Below are positions 1-7,809 of a stretch of DNA of 41,802 nt, piece by piece. Position 1 is the first letter of the stretch. Each line of letters starts with the position of its first letter. The notes beneath the pieces are model-generated. The model worked only from the letters and a program-made list of their open reading frames with translations, made no database searches and was not told the origin of the DNA. This stretch comes from a virus: IMG/VR virus record IMGVR_UViG_3300026549_000013, positions 1 to 41,802 of that record; one strand, 5' to 3'. The translations under genes were made by a program, and so were the position numbers.

Positions 1-127
1 GTGATCTAAGGAGCGGGACATGAAGAACAAAATGATAGACCTCAATAATGTGCTGTTTGAGCAGTTGGAACGGCTCCAGGACGATGAAGCCATGAAGGAC
101 GACCAGAACTTCAAAAGAGAGATTGAA
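1..127. repeat. Terminal overlap, exact copy of 41676-41802 (circular closure signature)
   Basis: Read directly: gtgatctaaggagcgggacatgaag...agagagattgaa occurs at both ends. Bases 1-9 repeat the integrase 3' end. Confidence 0.95.
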
Positions 128-271
128 CGCAGCAGGGCAATCGTGGGCGTGTCATCGCAAATTATCAAAAATGCGACATTGACAGTACAAGCGGCAAGAT
201 TCGTCGCAGAATATGGACCCGACGCCAAAACGGCAGTAGCGGGGCTGATTGGGGAAAATGAAATTCATTAG
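20..271 (+). CDS. Hypothetical early protein (83 aa)
   Basis: ORF track. GGAG 8 nt upstream of the ATG. Starts 10 nt after the integrase stop once the circle is closed. Confidence 0.6.
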   Translation: MKNKMIDLNNVLFEQLERLQDDEAMKDDQNFKREIERSRAIVGVSSQIIKNATLTVQAARFVAEYGPDAKTAVAGLIGENEIH

Positions 272-854
272 ATACACGGCAGAAGAAAAGGAATTTTTCA
301 GGGAATTCATTAAAGGGCACTCTTACAAAGAGATTGCAGAGGAATTCACAAGGAGGTTCCGGCCGATAACGACCGATCAGGCAAGAGCGTTCTGCAAGAA
401 CAACAAAATCCCAACAGGAAGGACTGGACAATTCAGGAGAGGCCAGCAGACATGGAATAAAGGCAAACACTTTTGCGCAGGAGGCAGAAGCATTGAAACG
501 CAGTTCAAGAAAGGCCACATTCCGAAGCAATGGAGGCCGGTAGGGAGCGAGCGAGTCAATAAGGACGGATATATAGAGATAAAAGTCAAAGAACCGAGGA
601 CATGGATGCTGAAACACAGATATATCTGGCAGCAGCACCATGGGGAGGTCCCGAAAGGAAGCATGGTCGTTTTTAAAGACGGGAACCGCATGAATACGGA
701 CATCAGCAACTTATTGCTGATCACCAGAGGACTCAATGCAAGATTAACAAAAATGGGGCTTCAGGGGGCAAGGGAGGCGGGAGCAATAGAACAGGCAGTC
801 ATGGTTGCAAGACTCGAAGAGAAGATTGGAGCAATGACAGATGGAGATTACTGA
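258..854 (+). CDS. HNH homing endonuclease (HNH_3-like) with N-terminal HTH-like region
   Basis: C-terminal GYIEIKV...KHRYIWQQHHGEVPKGSMVVFKDGNRMNTDISNLLLITR matches the free-standing phage HNH pattern. The track ORF starts at TTG 249; I prefer ATG 258 after GGGG. Confidence 0.8.
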   Translation: MKFIRYTAEEKEFFREFIKGHSYKEIAEEFTRRFRPITTDQARAFCKNNKIPTGRTGQFRRGQQTWNKGKHFCAGGRSIETQFKKGHIPKQWRPVGSERVNKDGYIEIKVKEPRTWMLKHRYIWQQHHGEVPKGSMVVFKDGNRMNTDISNLLLITRGLNARLTKMGLQGAREAGAIEQAVMVARLEEKIGAMTDGDY

Positions 855-872
855 GAGTGAGGATAAAAAACG

Positions 873-1262
873 ATGCCAGAACAGATGACGATATTTGACA
901 TGTTGTATCCGGAAAAGATCAATCCGGTCAGGGAGCTGATCAGGACAACAGATCCTTACTGGGCGTATTCAAAGAGGTTCCTAATCGAAAAGTGCTACGA
1001 AGGACTTGATGAGAGATCAATCAGAGACTTTGCAAGATCAGCAAGGTGGCATTATTGCGCATACGGGATCAGGGGCAATTACCGTGAAGATAAAGAGCCA
1101 AACGCACTGCAGAGCTGGGACATGCGCGAATCAACTATCAAGATTGCTTACAACGACGCCGGTAACACACGGCACGAAATGATAATATCGTGGGAAGACT
1201 TCGCAAGAGAACTGGCGGACATGATCAGAAGCGGGGAATACAAGGATGACAGCGGTGATTGA
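873..1262 (+). CDS. Hypothetical early protein (129 aa) with N-terminal QMTIFD motif
   Basis: ORF track, GAGGA RBS, no recognisable domain. Confidence 0.6.
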   Translation: MPEQMTIFDMLYPEKINPVRELIRTTDPYWAYSKRFLIEKCYEGLDERSIRDFARSARWHYCAYGIRGNYREDKEPNALQSWDMRESTIKIAYNDAGNTRHEMIISWEDFARELADMIRSGEYKDDSGD

Positions 1263-1836
1263 TGGACAGCTGAGCATATTTGACTGGATGGAAGATTTTG
1301 CGCCGGCGCAAGACGCGGAACAGGCAGCCAGCCTTCCGGAACAGATCGAAGAACCGGAAGTCGGACAGTGGGTATATACGCGCGGGGCGCCGATCTCGCG
1401 CGTAATGCGCAGAAGCTACATAGGGAAAAAGGTACTGATGGACAAGTCGACACAGAGCATGGACGCGTTTAAGGTCGGGATTTTAGAAAGAGTCGACACA
1501 AGCTTCTACTATCACGGAGATCAGAAAATAGAATGTGACAGATCTGTGATATATGACGGGAGCCGGCAGCGGTCCTATATCACGCACATGCCAGGACAGG
1601 AGATTTATGAATGCCTTCCATGGCATTCGTACAAGGAAAGGGAAGATTCGATCTATCTGGGACCGGTAAGGCATCCATGCGAAAGAAGATGCAAAGTCGA
1701 ATGGGGAAGCAAAACATGCTTCGAACGACGCGGCCAGATATGGGACTGGAATGATCACAAGTGGGTCAGAGATGAAAACGGACAGCCGGTGATCGGGAAG
1801 AAGACATGCGACTGGGAACCAGGGAAAGGAAAGTGA
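1246..1836 (+). CDS. Hypothetical early protein (196 aa) with N-terminal QLSIFD motif and Cys-rich C-terminus
   Basis: ORF track; short overlap with the upstream gene. Confidence 0.6.
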   Translation: MTAVIDGQLSIFDWMEDFAPAQDAEQAASLPEQIEEPEVGQWVYTRGAPISRVMRRSYIGKKVLMDKSTQSMDAFKVGILERVDTSFYYHGDQKIECDRSVIYDGSRQRSYITHMPGQEIYECLPWHSYKEREDSIYLGPVRHPCERRCKVEWGSKTCFERRGQIWDWNDHKWVRDENGQPVIGKKTCDWEPGKGK

Positions 1837-1839
1837 TCA

Positions 1840-2211
1840 GTGAAAATCGAAAGGAAATGTCATAACTGCGGTAAAGAATTGTGGTTAAGAGATGACTATA
1901 AAACATACGTATGCAGGAGATGTGGAACAGAGTATGTGTTCAGCAAAGACAACAAAGGCGTTGAGTCAATGAATCAGACGAAGGAAGCCGTCGCAGATGT
2001 ACTGAGCGCAGCATTATGTGTAAATAACGAGATGCTGGAAACAACAAACGCGCAGGATGTAAGAAATTACATCCGTGAAGACTTCGCAAAGGCCATGGCA
2101 AAAGAAATCATGAAAAGGTTGGACATAAAAGAAACACCTATTCCGGACATGAACGCGGTCAACTTCAGAGCGCAGTTAAGGGTCGTAAGGCCTGATCATG
2201 AATTTGAATGA
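1840..2211 (+). CDS. Zinc-ribbon protein (123 aa)
   Basis: GTG start after GGAAAGGAAAG. CHNCG...CRRCG pair of CxxC motifs. Confidence 0.55.
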   Translation: MKIERKCHNCGKELWLRDDYKTYVCRRCGTEYVFSKDNKGVESMNQTKEAVADVLSAALCVNNEMLETTNAQDVRNYIREDFAKAMAKEIMKRLDIKETPIPDMNAVNFRAQLRVVRPDHEFE

Positions 2212-2223
2212 AAGGACAATAAG

Positions 2224-2418
2224 ATGGTCAAGATAGAATATCTTGCAGATTATAGCGGTGCATCCAGATTCGGAACCTGCGCAGGCTGTAGCAAAGGAAG
2301 CAAAGAGGATCCGGAGATGATCAGAGTAACATTCTGGACAGGCAGCAGGCAGGCATGGCAAGGAACAAGCTTATGCCTGTGCAAAGAATGCAGGCGTGAG
2401 CTGTATGAAAAGATTTGA
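2224..2418 (+). CDS. Small Cys-rich protein (64 aa)
   Basis: ORF track; CAGC...CKEC motifs; GAAAGGA RBS. Confidence 0.5.
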   Translation: MVKIEYLADYSGASRFGTCAGCSKGSKEDPEMIRVTFWTGSRQAWQGTSLCLCKECRRELYEKI

Positions 2419-2489
2419 GGTGAAAACAAAAAAGCCGATTTACAGAGTATTTACCTTGAGAAAACGGATTTTGAGTGAGGATAAAAACA

Positions 2490-2759
2490 ATGTGTAAATT
2501 CTGCGATCGCCTTGATGCGATCATATATTTTGACAAACAGGAAAAAGAACTGGGCAGGGAATACACAGCCGCAATCGTGACAAGATCTTGGAGAAAAGAC
2601 CAGGGAAAACGATGCAGCAGCAGGTCTGTAAGCTTCAAAAATCAGGGAATCGGATTCGATTTGAACTTCTGTCCTGAATGCGGGAGAAAACTGAAACGTC
2701 AAGGTAAATACTCTGTGAAAACGGATTTTGAGAAAGAGAAAACCGATGGGAAGGATTAA
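2490..2759 (+). CDS. Zinc-ribbon protein (89 aa)
   Basis: ATG 2490 preceded by GAGGA. CKFCD...CPECG motifs. The track ORF begins at in-frame GTG 2475. Confidence 0.55.
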   Translation: MCKFCDRLDAIIYFDKQEKELGREYTAAIVTRSWRKDQGKRCSSRSVSFKNQGIGFDLNFCPECGRKLKRQGKYSVKTDFEKEKTDGKD

Positions 2760-2958
2760 AGGAAAATACATCGCGCAGGTGATCATAAACGTAGACATGG
2801 AATACACCGAAACAGATCTTCCGATCGCGAAAGTCAAAGAAAGATTCGCGCGGATGATGACGCCGATGGTCCAGAAAGCGCTGCAGGAAGGATGCGGAAG
2901 CGATGCTGTGGTGGAAGTCCATCAAAGGAAAGCAGACATATATGAGGTGAAAGAATGA
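2746..2958 (+). CDS. Hypothetical protein (70 aa)
   Basis: ATG 2746 in frame with the track ORF at 2728 (TTG). Confidence 0.5.
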   Translation: MGRIKGKYIAQVIINVDMEYTETDLPIAKVKERFARMMTPMVQKALQEGCGSDAVVEVHQRKADIYEVKE

Positions 2959-3134
2959 CCGTATATTGTGATGTAGTCGAATGCGAAAAATGTGATAACG
3001 GAAAATGCAGAAACGAATTTCCGACAGGGGAAAAGGCAATTAAGATGCATATGAACTGGATGGGTGTATTGCTGTGTACAGATTTCAAGGAAAGTGAAGA
3101 GTACATAGAGATGAAGAAAGAGGTGAAAGAATGA
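2955..3134 (+). CDS. Small Cys-rich protein (59 aa), DUF1540-like pattern
   Basis: My translation: MTVYCDVVECEKCDNGKCRNEF...LLCTDF... It is below the ORF-track size cut-off. ATGA overlaps at both ends fill an otherwise empty gap. Confidence 0.5.
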   Translation: MTVYCDVVECEKCDNGKCRNEFPTGEKAIKMHMNWMGVLLCTDFKESEEYIEMKKEVKE

Positions 3135-3379
3135 GTTATTGCAAGTCATGTGGAGCGCCGATCGTGTGGATCCGGATGAAGTCCGGGAAGATGATGCCGG
3201 TCGACGCCGCGGCAAAGCGCTATTGGAACGATCCAAAAGGTAAAGACTCTGTAGTCCTGGAATCAGGGGAAGTCATAAGATGCAGCCTGAAAGGGGAAGG
3301 CGAAGCAGCGGGCCGCGGATTTGTATCGCACTTCAGCACATGCCCGAACGCGAACAAGCACAGAAAGGGGAGATCATGA
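3131..3379 (+). CDS. Zinc-ribbon-like protein (82 aa)
   Basis: CKSCG near the N-terminus and H..TCP near the C-terminus; translationally coupled to neighbours. Confidence 0.55.
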   Translation: MSYCKSCGAPIVWIRMKSGKMMPVDAAAKRYWNDPKGKDSVVLESGEVIRCSLKGEGEAAGRGFVSHFSTCPNANKHRKGRS

Positions 3380-3954
3380 AGAAAAAAGCACTTGCGACCG
3401 ACATAAATGTCGGTAACAAAGCAGCAGGCCACGGATCGAACGTGCCAATGCAGCCGAATATCCCGCCGATGCCATCCAACACATCTAACGCGTTAGACGC
3501 ATTGGTTGACGCTTACAAAGGGCGTTCTAACGCGTTAGAAAATCAAACGAAATGGAATCGTATGATGTTACACCTTGCAGAACTGCAATTGACATATTCG
3601 CCGGACTGGGGAGCAAACGGCCAGGGCGATCAAAAACTATATGATTTCGTTACAGAACTGATCGATGAATTTAGCGGATGGGATGTTCCCGACACAAATG
3701 TCGGGGACACGATCAGCAGACAGGCGGTTTTAGACATAGCATTTAAGTATTGTACTGATGACGACGGAACGTGTTCAAAACCCGATACCGATTTAAGAGA
3801 AATGCTTGATGATATTGAAAATCTGCCACAAGCACAATTCGTGTATACGTGTAATGGCTGTGAACATTATGGTAAGTGGGAAGACGAAATAGAAAATGGG
3901 TATAATTGCCCATGTATTAGATGCGCAAGAAGAGGAATCGATAATTATGAGTGA
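3376..3954 (+). CDS. Hypothetical protein (192 aa) carrying one DTISRQAVLD motif
   Basis: ATG 3376 overlaps the upstream stop (ATGA). The track ORF from 3280 is a 5' extension over the previous gene. Confidence 0.55.
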   Translation: MKKKALATDINVGNKAAGHGSNVPMQPNIPPMPSNTSNALDALVDAYKGRSNALENQTKWNRMMLHLAELQLTYSPDWGANGQGDQKLYDFVTELIDEFSGWDVPDTNVGDTISRQAVLDIAFKYCTDDDGTCSKPDTDLREMLDDIENLPQAQFVYTCNGCEHYGKWEDEIENGYNCPCIRCARRGIDNYE

Positions 3955-4861
3955 TTTAATAAGCAGACAGGCGGCGATTGATGCGCTGACTGAATACGGA
4001 AACGGACGAGCAGTATTTATCAGTGTGGGAGAAGCGGTTATACGAATTGAGCAGTTACCGCCCGCCAACTGTTCGGAGTTTCCGAACAGCTCAGACACGA
4101 TCAGCAGGGCAAAGGCGATTGAGGCGCTTAAAAATGACATGGCATCACTTGACCACATTATAAAGGGCATGAGTGCCAATGATGTAAGATTGGACGCTTA
4201 TGTGTCACAGAGAAATCAAGTCAATTATGACATATACACAATCAATAACCTTCCACCCGCACAGCCAGAACAACTTAGCACGAACTTGGCAGAGGTTGGC
4301 ACGGACTGCATCAGCAGACAGGCGGCCATTAAAGCACTCGATAAAAGGTTTGACTCAATACCAATGGAGCAGACAACGGCGATTTTGTTATTACGAAGAG
4401 ATTTAAGAGAATTGCCGCCAACCAACACTTCGGAGTTTCCGAACAGTTCCGACACGATTAGCCGGAAGGAAGCGATTGAAGCAGCGGATGCGATCATAGC
4501 AAGAGATAAAAGCGGCAACAATGATGTGGTCAATGCGATGATCGCATGGAGAGAATATATAAAGTATTTGCAACCGGCGCGGCCTGCACAGACGGAACGC
4601 AAATGGATTCTGTGCAATGAAAGGATGCCAGAAGAACATGAATGGATTGGCACAAAGGATCTCGGGACCACAATATCAGATGAGGTGTATGTCACTTTTG
4701 AGAATCCGAAAGGCGAGAGGTTCTGCAAAGAGCTGAACTTTCAAAATGGCAAGCTGAGTGCATTCGACAAATCAACGATCGATGCTTTTTACAAGGGCAG
4801 TAAGCAGATTGCATGGATGCCCAAAGAACTGCCCGAACCTTACAAGGGGGTGACAAAATGA
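3947..4861 (+). CDS. Repeat-containing protein (304 aa) with four ISR-x-AI-x-AL motifs and a DUF551-like C-terminus
   Basis: ATG 3947 (MSDLISRQAAIDAL). Two roughly 119-aa internal repeats. The C-terminal WILCNERMPEEHEW...VYVTFENP resembles DUF551 from memory. Confidence 0.6.
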   Translation: MSDLISRQAAIDALTEYGNGRAVFISVGEAVIRIEQLPPANCSEFPNSSDTISRAKAIEALKNDMASLDHIIKGMSANDVRLDAYVSQRNQVNYDIYTINNLPPAQPEQLSTNLAEVGTDCISRQAAIKALDKRFDSIPMEQTTAILLLRRDLRELPPTNTSEFPNSSDTISRKEAIEAADAIIARDKSGNNDVVNAMIAWREYIKYLQPARPAQTERKWILCNERMPEEHEWIGTKDLGTTISDEVYVTFENPKGERFCKELNFQNGKLSAFDKSTIDAFYKGSKQIAWMPKELPEPYKGVTK

Positions 4862-5259
4862 GTAAATGCGATAACGAGCTTTGCAAATACAACGATGAAG
4901 GCTGCATATTCTTCGCCCAGGGATCCGGCAATCCGGAAGACATGCCGTGCGCGGAAGCGCTGATCACGAAGAAAAGAGTACTGAAGTTTCTGGAAGAAGG
5001 CGATCCATCGCAGATAGCGGCCCAGATCATCCATGACGCGATCGACAACACGACATTTGCCGAAGAAGCATATCCTGGAATCAAAGAACAGATGCACAGA
5101 TCTGTAGAAGAATGGGAAAAGCTTCAGCCGGTATTCACAGAGATCGCAGAAGAATACAAAAAGGCTTGCGAAATATCGTATATCAACAAGCCGCTTGCGT
5201 ATGCGCTGCATGAAGTCTGGAAGAAGCACGACAGAAGGGACACAAAAAGAAATGAGTAA
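4858..5259 (+). CDS. Hypothetical protein (133 aa), Cys-rich N-terminus
   Basis: ATG 4858 overlaps the upstream stop (ATGA); MSKCDNELCKYNDEGC. Confidence 0.55.
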   Translation: MSKCDNELCKYNDEGCIFFAQGSGNPEDMPCAEALITKKRVLKFLEEGDPSQIAAQIIHDAIDNTTFAEEAYPGIKEQMHRSVEEWEKLQPVFTEIAEEYKKACEISYINKPLAYALHEVWKKHDRRDTKRNE

Positions 5260-5491
5260 CTACGGGATGATGTGCGAATTACCTGTCCGCATTATCTCTA
5301 AAAAAGACGACGGGGACCAGGTAAGGACGCACAAGAAAAAGCGAATCAACAAGAAATGGCGTAAGCGCTACGGGACCGTAAGCACACCAATCGAAAAAGG
5401 CCAATGCGTGATCGTCAAAGGATATGGGATCCTTATGTCGCTGAAAACATATCAAAAGATTAAAAGAACGCTAAGCATGGCAGAAGGGTGA
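5252..5491 (+). CDS. Small basic protein (79 aa)
   Basis: ATG 5252 in frame with the track ORF at 5195; Lys/Arg-rich. Confidence 0.45.
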   Translation: MSNYGMMCELPVRIISKKDDGDQVRTHKKKRINKKWRKRYGTVSTPIEKGQCVIVKGYGILMSLKTYQKIKRTLSMAEG

Positions 5492-5788
5492 ATGATGAAA
5501 ACAGGATACATTATGGTCGAGATCATGGACAGCAATCCGGCAGGACAGATCAGAATAAAGCCGCTGTGTTCAAATTGTGACGGGCTGGAAGTGTGGGTGA
5601 AGCCTAAAGACATCATCAATCATATGATCGCAGAACTGGACCTGAAGCAGCTGATCAGCGCGGAAGCACTGAAGAAAAGGTTCGAAGAAATAGCGAAAAG
5701 CCCGACAAATGGCGGACTGTTTCATATAGCTGAGATCTTAAGAATTATAGACATGGAGAAAAACAATGAGAAAAACAATGTGCAATGA
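5492..5788 (+). CDS. Hypothetical protein (98 aa)
   Basis: ORF track. Confidence 0.5.
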   Translation: MMKTGYIMVEIMDSNPAGQIRIKPLCSNCDGLEVWVKPKDIINHMIAELDLKQLISAEALKKRFEEIAKSPTNGGLFHIAEILRIIDMEKNNEKNNVQ

Positions 5789-6107
5789 ATGCCGGTACAC
5801 GTTTGCGCTGAAAGAGGAATCGATCGAGACAGAATGCATCGACATCGACAGGAAGATTGAAAGGCAGTTCTTAAAATGCCCGAACTGCGGACATAAATAC
5901 ACGATCCTGATCACTGATCAGCCGATGCGCGACATGATCAATCAGCGTCGCGCGATCCAGATAAGGGTAGCACAACTTATGAACGGCAAAAATCAGATAC
6001 GGAAATACAAAGATCTTAAAAAGCAGAACGACGATCTGATGTATAAGATCAAAAAACGCGGACAGCAGCTGAAGGAAGAATACGAAAAAGGCAGTTTTAC
6101 AGAGTAA
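5766..6107 (+). CDS. Zinc-ribbon plus coiled-coil protein (113 aa)
   Basis: CNECRY...CPNCGHKY motifs; GGAG RBS. Confidence 0.55.
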   Translation: MRKTMCNECRYTFALKEESIETECIDIDRKIERQFLKCPNCGHKYTILITDQPMRDMINQRRAIQIRVAQLMNGKNQIRKYKDLKKQNDDLMYKIKKRGQQLKEEYEKGSFTE

Positions 6108-6134
6108 ATACTCTGTGCGGAAGGGATTTTGAGC

Positions 6135-6566
6135 ATGAACATATCGATGGCAATTGACTATCTGGAACGATATAAAAACGTTAAGAGAGAAGCAGAAGAC
6201 CTGGAAGAGCGGATCGGCAGCCTGCGCAGTAAATACGGATCGGCAGCGGCCATTAGATATAGTGACATGCCGAAAGCCCATAACAATTCAGATCTGTCTG
6301 ACTTCGTGGCACAGCTGGAAGAGTTTGAACACAAGCTATTCGTGAAGTATGAAAAGCTTCTTGGCATTGAAGTAGACACATACATGACGCTGGACAGGCT
6401 GCAGGATCCGGACGAAAGATATGTCCTGCGCGCCTATTATATCGACGGCCTGCAGTGGGATCAGATCGCGCTTAAAGTCCCGTGTGCAGAAAGAACAGTA
6501 TATGACATCAGGCTGCGCGGCCTGAAAAGCCTTGCAAAGATTATGCAGTCAGATGCAGAAAAATAG
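6135..6566 (+). CDS. Late-gene transcriptional activator, sigma-70 region-4-like (RinA/ArpU/DUF1492-like)
   Basis: IRYSDMPKAHNN... and ERYVLRAYYIDGLQWDQIA...RTVYDIRLRGLKSLAKI are typical of the family. It is the last gene before the packaging/structural operon. ATG 6135 follows GGAAGGGA. Confidence 0.7.
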   Translation: MNISMAIDYLERYKNVKREAEDLEERIGSLRSKYGSAAAIRYSDMPKAHNNSDLSDFVAQLEEFEHKLFVKYEKLLGIEVDTYMTLDRLQDPDERYVLRAYYIDGLQWDQIALKVPCAERTVYDIRLRGLKSLAKIMQSDAEK

Positions 6567-6600
6567 CATTTATAATATATTAAGGCAATCACGCAGAGGA

Positions 6601-6628
6601 AAGAGACGCAGCGGGCGTCTCTTTTTTG
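6601..6628 (+). terminator. Rho-independent terminator
   Basis: aagagacgc / gcgtctctt 9-bp stem, 5-nt loop, followed by a T-run. Confidence 0.8.
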
Positions 6629-6656
6629 TTGCAATCAACTAGCAAAAGGAAATTCG

Positions 6657-7115
6657 GTGACGATCATGGCAGGCAACGGACGACCGCAAAAATACCATGA
6701 CTGTGTTGAGCCTTATCTGGCTGAGATCAAAAAGATGGCTCTTACCATGACCGAAGAACAGATCGCGAAGACGCTGGGCGTCTCTTACTCATCATTCCGG
6801 AAGTACAAAGGCCAGCACGAAGAGCTTCAGGAAGCGCTGAAGAAAGGAAGGCGCCAGCTTGTCATGGAGCTGTACAGCGCCCTGATCAAGCGCGCGAAGG
6901 GATTCAAGTACACAGAGAAGAAGAAGATCTATGAGGGCGGGGAGCTGGTCCGTGAAGAGATCTCTGAGAAATACGCACAGCCGGATGTCGCCGCGCTTAA
7001 TCTGGCGCTGAAGAACTTCGACGCAGACAACTGGGCCAATGATCCGCAGATCATGGAACTGCGGCGTAAAGAATTGGAGCTGCGGCAGCAGGCCGTGAAG
7101 AATAATGACTGGTAA
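6657..7115 (+). CDS. Terminase small-subunit-like HTH protein
   Basis: N-terminal HTH (MTEEQIAKTLGVSYSSFRKY), the central oligomerisation-like segment and AALNLALKNFDADNW resemble TerS of Firmicutes phages. The start is GTG 6657 or ATG 6666. Confidence 0.45.
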   Translation: MTIMAGNGRPQKYHDCVEPYLAEIKKMALTMTEEQIAKTLGVSYSSFRKYKGQHEELQEALKKGRRQLVMELYSALIKRAKGFKYTEKKKIYEGGELVREEISEKYAQPDVAALNLALKNFDADNWANDPQIMELRRKELELRQQAVKNNDW

Positions 7116-7809
7116 GAGATATACGCTTGACACATTCTATACATCGCAAGAGTGGCGCACAATCAGGGAGATCATCATACACGACAGGACAAAGGATGAC
7201 GGAAATGTCTACGACGAAGTAACAGGGCGTCCGATCATCCAGGGATATGACATCGTCCTGCACCACAAGATCTTTCTCACGGAAGAAAACGTGGGGGATG
7301 CATCGGTCAGTCTTAATCCGGACAACATCATGATCGTGTCACACAAGACACACAACCAGATCCACGAGAAGTTCGGATACATAAAGCGCGAGATCTATCT
7401 TGTGTACGGATCACCGCTGTCAGGTAAGACGACATGGGTCAACAGTGTTCATCAGGCAGGTGATCTTGTAGTTGACATGGATTCGATCTGGCAGTGCGTA
7501 AGCGGTCTGAATAGATTTCAAAAGCCTATGGCCCTTAACGCCGTGGTTTTTGGAGTAAGAGACTATCTGATCGATTCAGTCCGGATGCGGCGCGGCAAGT
7601 GGAACAACGCTTATGTGATCGGTGGCTATCCGCTGATCAGCGAAAGGGAACGGCTGATCAGACAGCTGGGAGCGCGGGAAGTCTTCATCTCGACATCAAA
7701 AGAAGAATGCCTGCGGCGCCTGGAGCTGGACGACAGCAGGGATAAAGCGGAATGGTCGCGCTATATCGACGAATGGTGGCGCAGATACTCCCCCCGGATG
7801 GCCCTTTAA
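7105..7809 (+). CDS. HNH endonuclease fused to a P-loop kinase/NTPase-like domain
   Basis: The N-terminal half has HH...N...H (VLHHKIFL...NPDNIMIVSHKTHNQIH). The C-terminal half has Walker A GSPLSGKT followed by VVDMD. Confidence 0.7.
   Translation: MTGKRYTLDTFYTSQEWRTIREIIIHDRTKDDGNVYDEVTGRPIIQGYDIVLHHKIFLTEENVGDASVSLNPDNIMIVSHKTHNQIHEKFGYIKREIYLVYGSPLSGKTTWVNSVHQAGDLVVDMDSIWQCVSGLNRFQKPMALNAVVFGVRDYLIDSVRMRRGKWNNAYVIGGYPLISERERLIRQLGAREVFISTSKEECLRRLELDDSRDKAEWSRYIDEWWRRYSPRMAL

Noticed and set aside
1-127. Terminal repeats as insertion-sequence ends, LTRs or physical DTRs
   Set aside because: The repeats are direct, exact, cut through ORFs, and join into a continuous gene order. There is no transposase context. 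An assembly circularisation overlap is the simplest explanation.
165-736. Minus-strand ORFs 165-641 and 377-736 opposite the HNH gene
   Set aside because: They lie antisense to a gene with clear HNH motifs, and their products are Cys/Phe/Leu-rich nonsense. The same reasoning applies to most other minus-strand track ORFs between 1 and 32300 and between 34600 and 41800.
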